In this document: piece after piece, positions 28,551-36,548 of the stretch
Layout: each line of letters begins with the position of its first letter
Numbering within the stretch: the stretch's first letter is position 1
Assembly: GCA_018971685.1 (NCBI GenBank)
Contig: JAGXAG010000005.1
Span: 1,842 to 65,841, forward strand
DNA: 64,000 bases
DNA from: Patescibacteria group bacterium
Lineage (GTDB): Bacteria; Patescibacteriota; Minisyncoccia; Phycocordibacterales; PALSA-1337
Direction: 5' to 3'
Position numbers and translations under genes: made by a program
The notes under the pieces: generated by a model
What the model saw: only the letters and a program-made list of their open reading frames with translations
What the model was told of the DNA's origin: nothing
Databases searched by the model: none

Positions 28551-28829
28551 ATGTCGAAAAGGCAATGGCTGATAATATTCGGAGTCATCGTAGTCGCTTT
28601 GCCTTTTTTGGGATTTCCGTTGAATTGGAACGCGGCGTTCTCGGTCGCGTTAGGATTGCTGATAATAATCGTAGCGTATAGGATAGCGCCAACAACTGAG
28701 GCAATGGCAACAAACAGTGAAGACTTGCCTTACGCGGAACATCATTCAGATATTGCGACAAAGACAATACCGAAACAAGCGAATATTCCGGAAGAGAGCA
28801 TTACCAGCGACAGTCAATCAAATCAGTAA
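28551..28829 (+). CDS. Small membrane protein (2 TM helices)
   Basis: MSKRQWLIIFGVIVVALPFLGFPLNWNAAFSVALGLLIIIVAY... TATAAT at 28539-28544 is 6 nt upstream of the ATG. Stop TAA abuts the ATG of the next gene. Confidence 0.4.
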   Translation: MSKRQWLIIFGVIVVALPFLGFPLNWNAAFSVALGLLIIIVAYRIAPTTEAMATNSEDLPYAEHHSDIATKTIPKQANIPEESITSDSQSNQ

Positions 28830-30257
28830 ATGAGCATACCGTGGCGCAAGTTTGGAGCGACCAAAATCGCCACACTGGTGATAGGAACGCTCGTTATTTT
28901 GCTTATAGGACTGTGGATAACATGGGGATTTCCTGTGGGCACCATTGATTACGCTACACAGCCTATCGCTTCCAATACCGATAATGACCCGAGCGCGGCA
29001 AGTACGGGTATTGCCTCATCAACCGAAAATGATTTGCCGTCCAAACCGATCGTGACTCATTTGCCGACACCCGATCCGCTCAAGGCTGTGTACATAACCG
29101 CTTGCACTGCCAGCGAAAGGCGTTTGCGCGACAAAGTAGTATCACTTTTCAGCGGTTCGGAATTGAATGCCATTATTATAGATATAAAGGATTACACGGG
29201 CACTCTGGCTTATTCGTCGTCCACATTACGCACTGGCCGGACCGGAAACGGCTGTGTGATCATTGACCTGCCGGAGTTTTTACATAAGCTTCATGAAAAA
29301 GGAATTTATACGATAGCACGCGTTACCGTTTTTCAGGATCCGCTATACGCCGAAGAGCATCCTGAATCTGCTATTAAAAAAGTTTCAAATCCCCAAGCAT
29401 TGTGGCGCGATCCGAAAGGTTTGGCCTATATAGATCCGGGCGCGGTTCCATTCTGGGACTATATAGTGAATATTTCCAAAGAGGCGTACTCGATAGGTTT
29501 CGATGAAATCAATTATGATTACATACGCTTCCCGTCGGACGGCGATTTGAAAGATATGAAGTTGCTGCCCGAGGATAATCGTCCGGTTCATGTGAGTGTG
29601 GCCGCCTCGATCTCAACTCCGACAAGCGCTTCGACCTCGGGTTCGTTTTTAGGTGCGGCAACTACCACATCGGCTGGCCAAAAGATAAATACCGGGCAGC
29701 GTATATTGTCGTATGAAACTTCAAAGTCGAGAATCATTACCGAATTCTTCAAATATTTGAAAGAACATATGGCGGACACGCCGGTGAAATTGTCAGCGGA
29801 TTTATTCGGCCTGACGACAAGCGCCGAGAGCGACTTGGGCATAGGCCAAATTCTGGAAAACGCCTTGCCTTATTTCGACTATGTTTGTCCGATGGTGTAT
29901 CCGTCGCACTTCGCTTACGGCTTCATCGGCATACCGCGCCCGGCGACGAAGCCGTACGAGGTGATCAGTTATTCCATGAGCCACGCGATCATGAAGGTTG
30001 ACGCGGCGTCTTCCACGCCGTCGAAATTGCGCCCATGGCTGCAGGCTTTCGATCTGGGGGCGGTTTATACGCCGGCTATGGTGGAGGCCGAGAAGCAAGC
30101 GGTCTACGATTCGGGACTTTCGAGCTGGTCTCTCTGGAATGCGGGGAGTATTTACACTTCCGCGGAATTGGCGCCGGCGACAAAGATGGTTACATACAAG
30201 AACGCTTCGACTTCCGCTGAAATCTCGGCTTCAACCGCCACTACTACAGTTAGATAA
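28830..30257 (+). CDS. Membrane-anchored putative glycoside-hydrolase-like protein (DUF4015/GHL-type TIM-barrel)
   Basis: N-terminal TM helix; KAVYITACTASERRLRDKVVSLFSGSELNAIIIDIKDYTG resembles the family's conserved start; Ser/Thr-rich C-terminal tail. Confidence 0.45.
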   Translation: MSIPWRKFGATKIATLVIGTLVILLIGLWITWGFPVGTIDYATQPIASNTDNDPSAASTGIASSTENDLPSKPIVTHLPTPDPLKAVYITACTASERRLRDKVVSLFSGSELNAIIIDIKDYTGTLAYSSSTLRTGRTGNGCVIIDLPEFLHKLHEKGIYTIARVTVFQDPLYAEEHPESAIKKVSNPQALWRDPKGLAYIDPGAVPFWDYIVNISKEAYSIGFDEINYDYIRFPSDGDLKDMKLLPEDNRPVHVSVAASISTPTSASTSGSFLGAATTTSAGQKINTGQRILSYETSKSRIITEFFKYLKEHMADTPVKLSADLFGLTTSAESDLGIGQILENALPYFDYVCPMVYPSHFAYGFIGIPRPATKPYEVISYSMSHAIMKVDAASSTPSKLRPWLQAFDLGAVYTPAMVEAEKQAVYDSGLSSWSLWNAGSIYTSAELAPATKMVTYKNASTSAEISASTATTTVR

Positions 30258-30436
30258 CAAAATTTGTTATCCACTTGCGCATATTTTCTTTTGGTGGTAA
30301 TTTATTACTCCGGAGCGTGCGATGAAGCGTCTCGATTCAAAACGACGCAAGCTGAGTATTTTCGGATCGACTGGAGCCGATCTATTAATACTCGGGTCGA
30401 GATTGAAGTAATCGCACACAAGTCAGAAACAACTAT

Positions 30437-30652
30437 ATGGCAAAATCAGGAAGTGGAAAAACGGTTGGACGAGCGTCTTCTGTTGAGATTCTCGGCATGT
30501 GTGAGACAAGAAAACCTTCAGATGAAGAACTGAAGGAACAACGCCAACATTTTCGTGAAGCGATGAAAAGTTGCGCGAGGGCGTTTGGCAACGATGTGAG
30601 TGCTGGTGTCGCACGAGTGATGGCTTCAGAGTACAGACCGTTCATCTATTGA
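30437..30652 (+). CDS. Hypothetical small protein (71 aa, MAKSGSGKTVGRAS...)
   Basis: ORF only; shares the MAKS N-terminus with the next ORF. Confidence 0.25.
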   Translation: MAKSGSGKTVGRASSVEILGMCETRKPSDEELKEQRQHFREAMKSCARAFGNDVSAGVARVMASEYRPFIY

Positions 30653-30664
30653 CATTACAGGGTT

Positions 30665-30883
30665 ATGGCAAAGTCTATCTTGGTGACAGAAGAAACCATT
30701 GGAATAGCTGTTCCACTGACTCTTTCCGAGAGGAAGGTCAATGGAAACAGAATCACTCTCCGTTTGCAGGGGAAAAGTGGGCGTGAGTTTTTCAAAGACG
30801 CCCAGCCATACCCGAGGGCAGTGACTGCGGTTCTGACAACCTGCGTCAGACAGCATGGTGGTGCGGTAACTCTGAGGCTCTAA
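30665..30883 (+). CDS. Hypothetical small protein (72 aa, MAKSILVTEETIGIAVPL...)
   Basis: ORF only; followed by hairpin CCGGCG-N17-CGCCGG plus CTTTTTG (30906-30942). Confidence 0.25.
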   Translation: MAKSILVTEETIGIAVPLTLSERKVNGNRITLRLQGKSGREFFKDAQPYPRAVTAVLTTCVRQHGGAVTLRL

Positions 30884-30971
30884 TCTCTGAAACAGTTTTT
30901 TACCCGGCGTACTATATGGAGCAGTGCGCCGGCTTTTTGTATTCGACTTTTCCGTTCCGTGGTACAATACT

Positions 30972-33074
30972 ATGCATCAATCGTTCGCGGGAACGGCAAC
31001 CGCATTTAATTCAATGGACGAGAATCGCGTAACATATTTTGCGGAGACAGACGCGCGTAACAAGCGGGTCAAATTTGGCATAAAGAGCAAGGACAGGACC
31101 AAGCATCTGTACGCCATCGGCAAAACCGGCATGGGCAAATCCACCATGTTGGAAAACATGGCCGTGCAAGACATTCAGGCCGGAGAAGGAATGTGTTTCA
31201 TCGATCCGCATGGCAAGACCGCCGACCTGCTCTTGGAATATGTGCCCAAAGAGCGCGTGAACGATGTCATATACATCGCGCCGTTCGATACCGACTTTCC
31301 GATATCGTTCAATGTGCTCGAAAGCGTCGATCCGGACAAGAGGCACTTGGTGGTGTCTGGCCTCATGAGTACATTCAAGAAAATCTGGGTCGACGCCTGG
31401 TCCGCCAGAATGGAATACATATTGACCAACACCCTTTTGGCATTGCTCGAAGCGCCGGGTTCCACGCTTCTCGGCGTGAATAGGTTGCTGTCGGACAAGG
31501 AATACAGGAGAGACATCGTGTCGAAAGTGCAGGATCCGTCGGTCAAAGCTTTCTGGACCAAGGAGTTCGCCAATTACAGCGAACGCATGGCTCAAGACGC
31601 TGTGCCCGCCATCCAGAACAAAGTCGGCCAATTCACCGCGAACCCGCTCATCAGGAACATGATCGGCCAGCCGCAGTCGTCGTTTGATTTCCGCCAGGCG
31701 ATGGATAACAGGAAAATAGTCATTATCAACCTTTCCAAAGGCCGGGTCGGCGACGAGAACATGAAGCTTTTGGGCGGCATGCTGGTGACGAAGATTTATT
31801 TGGCGGCAATGTCCAGGGCCGATACGCCGGATCGTATAGCCAGGACTCTGCCGAACTTCTATTTGTTCGTCGATGAATTCCAGAACTTCGCCAACGCCTC
31901 GTTTGCCGATATTCTTTCGGAGGCCAGGAAGTACAAGCTGAATTTGACGATCGCGCATCAATATATCGAGCAGATGGACGAGGATGTGCGCGCGGCGGTC
32001 TTCGGCAATGTGGGCACGATGATAGCTTTTCGGGTCGGCGCGACCGATGCGGAAGCGCTGGAGAAGGAATTTGCGCCGACTTTCACGATCGAGGATTTGG
32101 TGAATCTTGGATTCACCCAAATTTACCTAAAGTTAATGATCGACGGCCTGACCTCGTCGCCTTTTTCGGCGGTGACTTTGCCGCCGATCGCGCACCCGGG
32201 TTCTTCATTTGTAAAAGAAATTATCGAGGCGTCTAGAACACAATTCGCGCGGCCGCGAGTAATGGTTGAAGCTGAGATAGTGAAATTCCACGAACCGACG
32301 CAGAAATCGGCGCGGTCTGCTATTCCCGCGCCCGCAGGCGAAGCGCTTGCCGGTTCGAGTCTGCGGAACTCGCGTCGTGAAGTTGCCAGGTTTTCGGGCT
32401 CGACAGCGCGACCCGAAAACCTGGCAACTTCTACGCCGCTCAAACAGAGTCCTCGACTCGAACCGGCAAGCGCTTCGCCTGCGGGCGCGGCTGACGCAAG
32501 TACTTCAGTCGCTGCCAATATTTCCACTGATTCCAAAACTTCATCAGCGCCGTCGGCAAAGACGGATACGGTTTCCGAACCCTCTTCGGAGACGGGTTGG
32601 AGACAAAATCCGCATACTACCGACTCCCCGCCGAGAAAAGGCGGCGACGGCGGGCGTCCTGTTGTTCCGCTGTCACCGACCGTGGGTGAGGGAAACCGTG
32701 TTCGTAGAGCCGAAAAGCGCGAAGAGCTTGGACAGCATAACCAACAACATATTTCACTATCGTCGCTCAGTCGCAATCAACCCAAGCGCGACCTGAAGAC
32801 GCAATCGAAAGAGAATGTCAGTCAATTGAGAAACGCCCTGCAAGCCGCGCTCGGCAAGACCGAACGCGCCGCGCCCACTTTCTCGCCGACCGATGCCGCC
32901 GCGTCCGTTCCAGCCACAGCGCCTGCCGCGACAACCCAAAATACAATTGCCTCACAACCCGTACGGCAAAACCAAGCACTTCAAAAAACACCTGAAATTC
33001 CAAAAGTTCCGAAAACCGATAAAGTTCCTGAAGTCCCCGAAGAAGTCTTGAAAAAGGTCTTGAAAGTTGATTGA
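30972..33074 (+). CDS. Soluble VirD4/TraD-like type IV coupling-protein-family ATPase with ~250-aa low-complexity C-terminal tail
   Basis: Walker A AIGKTGMGKST; Walker B FYLFVDEFQNF; LTIAHQYIEQMDEDVRAAVFGNVGTMIAFRVGATDAEALEKEF matches the T4CP C-terminal block. No N-terminal TM. An extended -10 TGGTACAAT lies just upstream. The start is ambiguous (30972 or 31014). Confidence 0.65.
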   Translation: MHQSFAGTATAFNSMDENRVTYFAETDARNKRVKFGIKSKDRTKHLYAIGKTGMGKSTMLENMAVQDIQAGEGMCFIDPHGKTADLLLEYVPKERVNDVIYIAPFDTDFPISFNVLESVDPDKRHLVVSGLMSTFKKIWVDAWSARMEYILTNTLLALLEAPGSTLLGVNRLLSDKEYRRDIVSKVQDPSVKAFWTKEFANYSERMAQDAVPAIQNKVGQFTANPLIRNMIGQPQSSFDFRQAMDNRKIVIINLSKGRVGDENMKLLGGMLVTKIYLAAMSRADTPDRIARTLPNFYLFVDEFQNFANASFADILSEARKYKLNLTIAHQYIEQMDEDVRAAVFGNVGTMIAFRVGATDAEALEKEFAPTFTIEDLVNLGFTQIYLKLMIDGLTSSPFSAVTLPPIAHPGSSFVKEIIEASRTQFARPRVMVEAEIVKFHEPTQKSARSAIPAPAGEALAGSSLRNSRREVARFSGSTARPENLATSTPLKQSPRLEPASASPAGAADASTSVAANISTDSKTSSAPSAKTDTVSEPSSETGWRQNPHTTDSPPRKGGDGGRPVVPLSPTVGEGNRVRRAEKREELGQHNQQHISLSSLSRNQPKRDLKTQSKENVSQLRNALQAALGKTERAAPTFSPTDAAASVPATAPAATTQNTIASQPVRQNQALQKTPEIPKVPKTDKVPEVPEEVLKKVLKVD
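32329..32489. repeat. Family-A hairpin element, in-frame copy inside the T4CP-like gene (32-bp perfect terminal inverted repeat)
   Basis: GCGCCCGCAGGCGAAGCGCTTGCCGGTTCGAG (32329-32360) is the exact reverse complement of 32458-32489. Inner stem GTTGCCAGGTTTTCGGG/CCCGAAAACCTGGCAAC around loop CTCGACAGCGCGA. Encodes ...PAGEALAGSSLRNSRREVARFSGSTARPENLATSTPLKQSPRLEPASASPAG... Confidence 0.7.
32633..32700. repeat. Family-B GC-rich repeat, in-frame copy in the T4CP-like gene
   Basis: ACTCCCCGCCGAGAAAAGGCGGCGACGGCGGGCGTCCTGTTGTTCCGC...CGTGGGTGAGGGAAACC is ~80 percent identical to 58881-58958 in secA. Confidence 0.55.
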
Positions 33075-34285
33075 ATGCGATTATGCGCCGCATCCTCATA
33101 TTTTCGCTGGTGTACTATCCGAACATGATCGGCGGGGCCGAGGTGGCGATAAAAGAAATCACCGATCGGATTCCGGACAGTGAAATCGAATTCGACATGG
33201 TGGCATTGCGATTGGACCGTAAACTCCCTAAGTTCGAAAAGATCGGCAATGTAAATATTCACAGAATCGGCTGGACAGGCAAACAAAAGACATTGTCAGA
33301 TTCTTTGCCGCCATATCTGCATTTGAATAAATACGCGTATCTCGCCCTGGGACTATTCAAGGCAATTTCCTTGAATCGAAAAAGGAAATATGACGCCATC
33401 TGGTCGCTAATGGCGACATATAATTCATTCGCGGCCGTGCTTTTCAAATTGGCGCATCCGAAAATACCGTTCATCTTCACTCTACAAGACGGCGATCCGA
33501 TCCCGTATTTGAAAAGGCGCGCCCGGCCGCTATATCCAATGTTCAAGATGATGTTTACCCGCGCGGACGCCATTCAGGCCATTTCGAAATATCTTGCAGA
33601 TTGGGCGCTGGATATGGGCGCGAAATGTCCCGTTACAATCGTGCCAAACGGGGTAGATTATCGATTTTTCTCAAAACAGGTCTCCGGCGGGCGTTTAGGG
33701 GCTTTAAAAGCGCAACTAGGCAAGCGGGAAGGCGATATTTTCCTCATTACGGTCTCTAGATTGGTAGCCAAAAACGCCGTTGGCGACATCATTCAAGCTT
33801 TGAATTATTTGCCGATTAATATCAAGTTGCTCATCGCGGGAACAGGCTATGAAGAGGAAAGGTTGAAGAAGATGGTTCGCACCGGTCCGACCGGTGTACA
33901 CCGGTCGGACCGGTGCGAACCCAGCGTCATATTCCTAGGACATGTGCCGCATGCAGATCTGCCGATGTATCTCCAAGCCTCGAACATATTCATCCGCCCG
34001 TCGCTCTCCGAAGGTTTCGGCAATTCATTTGTCGAAGCGATGGCCGCCGGCATTCCCGTCATCGCCACGCCGGTCGGCGGTATTGTTGACTTTTTGCGCG
34101 ACGGCGAAACCGGACTTTTCTGTGAAGTTAGAAACCCAAGATCGATCGCGGAAAAAGTCGAACGGTTGATCGACAACGAGGGGTTGCAGAATTCTTTGGT
34201 GATAAATGCGAGGAGAATGGTTGAAGACAAATATGACTGGAATAAAATTGCCAATGAAATGAAAATGATATTTGCCGGAGTCTGA
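33071..34285 (+). CDS. Glycosyltransferase family 4 (GT-B, Glycos_transf_1)
   Basis: SLSEGFGNSFVEAMAAGIPVIATPVGGIVDFL (E-x7-E motif). Contains the in-frame 48-bp palindrome at 33875-33922 encoding VRTGPTGVHRSDRCEP. Confidence 0.85.
   Translation: MNAIMRRILIFSLVYYPNMIGGAEVAIKEITDRIPDSEIEFDMVALRLDRKLPKFEKIGNVNIHRIGWTGKQKTLSDSLPPYLHLNKYAYLALGLFKAISLNRKRKYDAIWSLMATYNSFAAVLFKLAHPKIPFIFTLQDGDPIPYLKRRARPLYPMFKMMFTRADAIQAISKYLADWALDMGAKCPVTIVPNGVDYRFFSKQVSGGRLGALKAQLGKREGDIFLITVSRLVAKNAVGDIIQALNYLPINIKLLIAGTGYEEERLKKMVRTGPTGVHRSDRCEPSVIFLGHVPHADLPMYLQASNIFIRPSLSEGFGNSFVEAMAAGIPVIATPVGGIVDFLRDGETGLFCEVRNPRSIAEKVERLIDNEGLQNSLVINARRMVEDKYDWNKIANEMKMIFAGV
33875..33922. repeat. Family-D motif as a perfect 48-bp palindrome GGTTCGCACCGGTCCGACCGGTGTA|TACACCGGTCGGACCGGTGCGAACC, in-frame in the GT4 gene
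   Basis: Exact reverse-complement symmetry. Contains the CACCGGTCCGACCGGTG motif, which is also tandemly repeated at the obg 3' end. Confidence 0.7.
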
Positions 34286-34330
34286 CCTCAGTAATCGCGG
34301 CGCCAACACTATTATGCTAGACTTTGAATC

Positions 34331-35371
34331 ATGAAAATCTTGATTGCCACCGGCATTTATCCGCCTGATATTGGAGGCCCCGCCCAGTACGCCCGGAATC
34401 TCTATGAAACTTGGAAGAACGCCAAAGGCGCCGACGGCAAACCGCTTCATCGCGTAAAGGTAGCGGCGTATCGTTGGGAGCGTGCGTTTCCGCCAGGCGT
34501 GCGGCACTTGTTGTATTTATTGAAAGTAATCCGAAAAGGATGGGATGCGGATCTTATCTTGGTCTTAGATACCTGGTCGGCGGCGATGCCGGCGATGCAC
34601 GCATGCAATATTATGCATAAAAAATATGTTATCCGCACCGGCGGCGACTTTCTCTGGGAAACTTACGCCGAAAGGACCGGCGATCTGGTTAGATTTAAAA
34701 ACTTTTACGGAACGAGGATGGAAAAATTTTCCAGAAAAGAGAAATTGATTTTCAGGCTTGGCGGTCAGGCACTCCGTAAGGCGAAGGTGGTTATATTCAG
34801 TACGGCATGGCAAAAGGAAATATTCGAGAAGGCGTATGGTTTGGACCCTAGAAAGTCCGCGATCGTCGAGAATTATTGCGGCGAGAGATTGGAACCGACG
34901 GAACCGGAAAACCGCGCGTTCGTTGCCGCGACGCGACCGCTCAAATGGAAAAATGTTGAATTATTGAAAGAAGCGTTCGAGGCGGCGAGAGTCAAGGTCA
35001 AGAAGGCGGGTCTGCAAGATATTGAACTCGATACCGGCAAGGCGGTCTACGACAGCTTCGTGGAGAAAATAAGGCACTCGTATGCGGTTATTCTGGCGTC
35101 TTTGGGCGATATCAGTCCGAATATGATATTTGACGCAATACGCGCCGGCACGCCGTTTATTTTGACGAAAGAGACAGGGATTGCGGAGAGGGTCAAAGAT
35201 TGCGCGGTATTCGTCGATCCGGAAGACGAGAACGAGATCGCGGACAAAATTACATGGCTTTCCGAACCGGGCAACCGCGCGCGGCAGGCGGAGTTGGTGA
35301 GAAAGTTTTCTTGGAAACATTCGTGGCGGGAAATTGCGGATGAAATAGTAGCGGTTTGGGAAAAATTTTAA
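34331..35371 (+). CDS. Glycosyltransferase (GT-B, GT4-like)
   Basis: N-terminal MKILIATGIYPPDIGGPAQYARNL is typical of GT4 N-domains; ~345 aa. Confidence 0.65.
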   Translation: MKILIATGIYPPDIGGPAQYARNLYETWKNAKGADGKPLHRVKVAAYRWERAFPPGVRHLLYLLKVIRKGWDADLILVLDTWSAAMPAMHACNIMHKKYVIRTGGDFLWETYAERTGDLVRFKNFYGTRMEKFSRKEKLIFRLGGQALRKAKVVIFSTAWQKEIFEKAYGLDPRKSAIVENYCGERLEPTEPENRAFVAATRPLKWKNVELLKEAFEAARVKVKKAGLQDIELDTGKAVYDSFVEKIRHSYAVILASLGDISPNMIFDAIRAGTPFILTKETGIAERVKDCAVFVDPEDENEIADKITWLSEPGNRARQAELVRKFSWKHSWREIADEIVAVWEKF

Positions 35372-35387
35372 CTTAAACACTATACGC

Positions 35388-36548
35388 ATGAATAATGCAA
35401 GCAAGAAACTGTTAATGATCTCGTCGGACCGCGATATTTTCAGAGAGGACAGTGCGGTACGCGCGCGACAGGCGGAGTACGCGAAAAACTACGATGAAGT
35501 GCATATCGTGGTGTTCGAGAAACGAAATAGTCGGCGGACGCCGCCTCCCCCGTCGCAGGTGCCGCTAAGTGTCAAACGAGGCGATCCGCCAATCGGCGGA
35601 GAATGTGAGACACTATGTCGCGCTGAGGAGGGAGAGGCGGCTGACGCGGACGCGTTGTCGAATAACTGCTTTGCGTATTCGACGAGGTCATGGTCGAAAT
35701 TTCTTTATCCACTGGACGCTATAAGACTGGGCAGATTCATTGTCGATAGGAGACATATAGACGAAGTCACTTGCCAGGATTCGGTCGCGGCGGTGGCGGG
35801 AATTTCGCTGAAAAAACAATTTGACATTCAGCTTGAAATTCAGGTCCATGAAGATATCGGCAGTCCTTACTATGCGACGAATGTGATGCGCAAAATCCGC
35901 AAGTATCTTTATCTGTCGTATTTGCCGAAGGCGGACAAAATAAGGGTGGTTTCGGACAGGATCAGACTGTATCTTATCGATGCATTCGGCCGGAATAGTG
36001 AGGCGGGCGGCATAAATGATCCCGAGCTTGCCTCAAAGATTGAAGTCAGGCCGATCGCCGTCGATGTCGAAAAGATAAAGAGCGCGCCGATTTTGGAAGG
36101 CGCGGATCTGCGGCGGAAATATCCGCAGTTCGAAAAGATTGTCTTGATGGCCTCGAGGTTGGAGAAAGAGAAAAATATCGAGCTCGCAATTCATTCATGG
36201 AAAAAGGTGGTTGAGAAGATTCCAAGGGCGGGATTGATAATAGTTGGCCGCGGCTCGTTGCTCGCAAACCTTAAATCGTCAACCATAAATCTCGGCCTAG
36301 TCGATTCTGTCATCTTCGAAAATTGGATTGACCGGCCGACTCTCTTTTCGTACTATAAAACCGCCGACTTATTACTAAACACTTCACTGTTCGAAGGCTA
36401 TGGCATGGCGCTGGTCGAGGCAAAAGCGGCGGGATGCAGGATTGTATCGACGGATGTCGGGGTGGCGAAGGAGGTGGGGGCGGAGATTGTTGGGCGGGAT
36501 GAAAAAGCGGTTACTAATGCCATTATTCTAATTTTAGAAAAATTATGA
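35388..36548 (+). CDS. Glycosyltransferase family 1/4 with a Pro-rich N-terminal insert
   Basis: SLFEGYGMALVEAKAAGCRIVSTDVGVAKEV. Insert RRTPPPPSQVPLSVKRGDPPIGGECETLCRAEEGEAADADA is encoded by GC-rich hairpin-forming DNA. Confidence 0.8.
   Translation: MNNASKKLLMISSDRDIFREDSAVRARQAEYAKNYDEVHIVVFEKRNSRRTPPPPSQVPLSVKRGDPPIGGECETLCRAEEGEAADADALSNNCFAYSTRSWSKFLYPLDAIRLGRFIVDRRHIDEVTCQDSVAAVAGISLKKQFDIQLEIQVHEDIGSPYYATNVMRKIRKYLYLSYLPKADKIRVVSDRIRLYLIDAFGRNSEAGGINDPELASKIEVRPIAVDVEKIKSAPILEGADLRRKYPQFEKIVLMASRLEKEKNIELAIHSWKKVVEKIPRAGLIIVGRGSLLANLKSSTINLGLVDSVIFENWIDRPTLFSYYKTADLLLNTSLFEGYGMALVEAKAAGCRIVSTDVGVAKEVGAEIVGRDEKAVTNAIILILEKL

Noticed and set aside
30258-30280. Near-perfect 19-bp palindrome GATAACAAAATTTGTTATC immediately after the glycoside-hydrolase-like gene, considered as an operator.
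   Set aside because: It is a single occurrence, AT-rich, with no partner gene. It could be a simple terminator stem, so there is insufficient support.
31011-32120. 369-aa minus-strand ORF inside the T4CP-like gene.
   Set aside because: The plus strand carries Walker A/B and T4CP blocks; the antisense frame is low-complexity Arg-rich with no motifs.
32123-32776. Minus-strand ORFs (also 60175-60648) encoding ARFSG..PENLA-like peptides similar to the plus-strand inserts.
   Set aside because: They are a consequence of the palindromic family-A element reading similarly on both strands, not independent genes.
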